Source: an uncultured virus (IMG/VR IMGVR_UViG_3300047319_001747)
Lineage: Duplodnaviria > Heunggongvirae > Uroviricota > Caudoviricetes
Direction: 5' to 3' (one strand)
DNA length: 64,000 nucleotides
IMG/VR virus record: IMGVR_UViG_3300047319_001747
Shown here piece after piece: positions 62,101 to 64,000 of the stretch (its first letter is position 1; every line of letters begins with the position of its first letter). The translations under genes were made by a program, and so were the position numbers. The notes under the pieces are model-generated. The model was not told the origin of the DNA and ran no database searches. It was given only the letters and a program-made list of their open reading frames with translations.

Positions 62101-62669
62101 TCGACGACTCGATGAAGTTCGGCACCGCCATCCCGAAGAACATGAAGCCGCTGATCGACGAGCTGGTCCGGTCCGGGCAGCTGACCGACGAGCAGGGCAA
62201 CAAGATCGAGGACACGTCGAAGATCACGTTCGAGGATACGCCGCTCGACAAGAGCTTGACCGGGCTGAACGCCGCCATCGATCACCTGTCGCAGGTCTTG
62301 GGCCTCGTGCCGGGACAGCTCGACAAGATCGGCAGCGCCGCCGACCGACTCCCCGACAATCCATACAAGGACTGGGTCGCACCGCCTCCGCCGGCGAGCC
62401 AGGACGGGCAAGCGTACGCGCAAGGTGGCGTCGTGTACGCGGCCGCTGGCATGACGGTCGGCGGACCGCGCGGCACCGACACGGTCCCTGCGTGGCTGAC
62501 GCCAGGTGAACGCGTGACGTCGTTGAACCAACAGCGGCAGGACTCCGAAGCGATGGCGGAGCTGCAGATGGAGGTCGCGGGCCTCCGTCGTGACATGAAC
62601 TCCAAGTTCCCGCGCGCGATCGGCGCGGCGGTCGGCACGGCGCTGGTCGGCGTGAGGATCGGCTCGTAA
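59148..62669 (+). CDS. Tape measure protein
   Basis: 1173 aa, helical and Ala-rich, after the chaperones; C-terminal A.GG.V...GTDTVPAWLTPGE.V. Confidence 0.92.
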   Translation: MEIGSLTGEITLEDKATEVILQFSDKVKKFAEEMEGVSGAIAIGFGVVTAAVLATSASIVALGEKGSTLLGVETAFDHLAEAAGTTGDNLRGALSEGLKGTVDDMDAMQSVQRLLVSGFKLTDEQATTLAQTARELGKAFGKDAAEELDILSTSLATGRTRALTMQGVVIDVKKGEEEFAKSIGTTVDQLNAEGLLEGKRIAIMEGVKGKRDALGISELSFKEMVQNTNVALEEWGEKLAKSVASSPDVLRAYETMRDAVIKTFGGDSQDLMATMTGWINAFAKSVTEHGPAIVSTLGNVVDGIKGIYDFLLEHEDDIKTLAVGVAAYTAAWAALEIGGTIVTGVIAGIKAITLAAEILEAGSLVGLITPIGLVAAAVAGLAIAVYKFNQEMKNIQKPSTTGDLLASLKTEAGAKAMTIDEFNAKLAAKPQLEAGKTLTIPGIMAPGAGLPDNAQYVKDQAEKIEKATTDSIAKTEGLWDQYFITIDKMSGDTVGAQIGAIDRKREAEIASLDKTKKYNQDYQNQLQAIEAVAAVNRAAIFEDLYRKDVAAADQAVKDRLQLAYDEGIKEADLRKSGSDKVIDAWKKTQDDLVAINATGLDKQLLNINKSADDQIAVIKEMTDKEPGYTQAAVDNVNAIRQQQIDALYVDNAALQDNSAETLQAIADKAYTTYLAMAAAGGEYSEVTIKHFKEVADAAQRTASGIGKSLGSDLFDALKGVPQTLADAFKGGGSLLGAAESLGSQFGAIFGKHIGTAIGGALSIAGPIGAAIGSLVGPLIDMFAKLGGPSKDELAARSTFADFQKQFGTLPQTIDKVGAAYARMGLTGTDAQRDLQRALDATHVSAAAEASALDTINLVLEADKQRTADLASATQDVITAGQGFSGPLPDAIKVTIDQIMNASGATDAMKAALQGVLDKAKPDYEQLTKLAETYGLSLQDLGPKFEQANVEGRAKKIFDDFTALTQAGGDVGGVLSHMKDQISGLVDDSMKFGTAIPKNMKPLIDELVRSGQLTDEQGNKIEDTSKITFEDTPLDKSLTGLNAAIDHLSQVLGLVPGQLDKIGSAADRLPDNPYKDWVAPPPPASQDGQAYAQGGVVYAAAGMTVGGPRGTDTVPAWLTPGERVTSLNQQRQDSEAMAELQMEVAGLRRDMNSKFPRAIGAAVGTALVGVRIGS

Positions 62670-64000
62670 TGTTTGCACACGTCTACTTCCCCGGCGCCTA
62701 CTTCCCGGGAGTCTACTTCCCGCTGGAAGCCACCTCGTCGACCGCGACGCTGATCCCGAGCACCGCCGAGGCGCTCGTCGGCAACACGATTCAGGTGACC
62801 GCGAGCGGCGGACCTGGACACGTGCTCGACAGGGTGGCGCTCTACCGGGTCGGCACGCCGGACTACATCGACTACGCGGCCATCGTCCTCGGCGACACGC
62901 CCGTCGCCTACTGGCGGCTCGGGGAGCCGCTCGGATCTGCGACCATCGTGGACGCGAGCGGCCACGGCTACGTCGGCACGGTGAACGGCACGGTGATCTT
63001 CGGGCAGCCGGGCCTGCAGCAGGACAACGACACGGCGGCGGCCTTCAGCGGCATCGACGGCAACGGCGTGACGCTCGATACGCCGACGCCCGTCTCGGCG
63101 CACTTCACCGTCGAGGCCTGGGTAAAGCGCATCGGCGACAGCACGAGCAGCAGCGCGTACGAGTACATCTGGAGTTCCGGCCTCATCGTCAACAACGCGG
63201 TCGAGGTGGCACTGTTCGACGCCGGGGCCACGACGACCCTGCAGTTCTTCATCAACTTCACGACCCTGACGCCGGGGTGGATCGACACGGGCTACGTCGT
63301 CACCGACGGCGAGTGGTTCCACGTCGCAGTCACGTGGGACGGCGTCCGGGTCATCGTCTACGTCAACGGGAACGCCGTCTACTCGTCGGCGGCCTTCACC
63401 GGACTGACGCTCTACAGCGTCGGCTCGACCTCCGGTACGCGCGGCATCGGCTCGACGGAGGGCCTCGCCGGGCCGATCTGGGGCATCCTCGACGAGGTGG
63501 CGCTGTACGACTACGCGCTGTCGAGCGGACAGATCAACGAGCACCTCGGCGCCGTCGTGCCGCAGATGGTGTCGTGGCAGTACATGAACGGGACGCAAAC
63601 GCCACCCGCCATCGGCCTCACCGACGCGACGCTGTCGTTCGTCATGGCGTACGGCGGCTTCTTCGAGTTCCGGTGGCTGTTCGCGGGCGGCTGGTCCCGC
63701 ATCGCGACCAGCATCACGGTCTCGGTCCACTGGACGAGCGGCGTCGTGGAGATGGAGTTCAACGGGCGCGGCGGTGGCTGGACGCCAGTGACCGACTGGA
63801 TGCGGAACCCTGGCATCACGTGGCACCGGGGGCTGCCAGGCACCAACATCACCGACCTCGTGGCCGACATCGGGACGCTCCACCTGACGCTCGACAACAG
63901 CGACCGGAACAGCGCTGGGCTGATGGGCTACTACAGCCCGGACAACGTCAACTGTCGCAAGGGCTTTGACCTCTACATTGGCCTGCGGTACACCGTTGCC
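62669..64000 (+). CDS. Tail protein with a LamG/concanavalin-like domain, truncated by the window end
   Basis: Hand translation from ATG 62669: D.PVAYWRLGE...DASG.G..GT...G.PG...AAAF, FTVEAW, DG.WFHVAVTWDG....YVNG, LDEVALYDYALS..QI. Confidence 0.85.
   Translation, partial: MFAHVYFPGAYFPGVYFPLEATSSTATLIPSTAEALVGNTIQVTASGGPGHVLDRVALYRVGTPDYIDYAAIVLGDTPVAYWRLGEPLGSATIVDASGHGYVGTVNGTVIFGQPGLQQDNDTAAAFSGIDGNGVTLDTPTPVSAHFTVEAWVKRIGDSTSSSAYEYIWSSGLIVNNAVEVALFDAGATTTLQFFINFTTLTPGWIDTGYVVTDGEWFHVAVTWDGVRVIVYVNGNAVYSSAAFTGLTLYSVGSTSGTRGIGSTEGLAGPIWGILDEVALYDYALSSGQINEHLGAVVPQMVSWQYMNGTQTPPAIGLTDATLSFVMAYGGFFEFRWLFAGGWSRIATSITVSVHWTSGVVEMEFNGRGGGWTPVTDWMRNPGITWHRGLPGTNITDLVADIGTLHLTLDNSDRNSAGLMGYYSPDNVNCRKGFDLYIGLRYTVA

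Noticed and set aside
62282..63969. Listed ORFs at the right end (533 aa minus, 230 aa plus)
   Set aside because: The real gene is the unlisted plus-strand LamG frame from 62669, which runs off the window
1..64000. tRNA, rRNA, integrase/att site or insertion sequence
   Set aside because: No cloverleaf, recombinase or transposase motifs recognised by eye; a tRNA scan was not run

Overview
The window is most of a GC-rich tailed phage genome with siphovirus-type gene order. It is cut inside an early gene at position 1 and inside a tail gene at 64000. Positions 1-17963 are a leftward early/replication arm: many small Cys-rich genes, putative SSB, VRR-NUC nuclease, SNF2 helicase, cold-shock protein, DnaQ exonuclease, MazG, PolA, dCMP deaminase, adenine methylase, ThyX, dATP/dGTP diphosphohydrolase and Vsr. 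After a divergent control region near 17.7-18.2 kb everything runs rightward: early genes, primase-polymerase/helicase, a candidate origin, terminase, portal, MuF, DUF2213 protease, capsid, neck, tail tube, frameshifted chaperones, tape measure and a LamG tail protein. The most unusual feature is about 22 kb of extra genes inserted at three points in the morphogenesis module. These include lectin-like, beta-helix and repeat proteins associated with three paralogous small structural genes, plus about nine glycosyltransferase, Maf-like and methyltransferase genes. Together they suggest a glycosylated, appendage-decorated virion (inference). Other oddities are a TerL with no canonical start that is in frame with TerS across one TGA, a leader peptide and structured RNA before the primase, repeat-linked mosaic early genes, and short AT-drifted patches inside genes. 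I recognised no integrase, endolysin, tRNA or CRISPR array. Protein styles hint at an Acidobacteria-like host (weak inference). All family calls come from motif recognition by eye; no searches were run.
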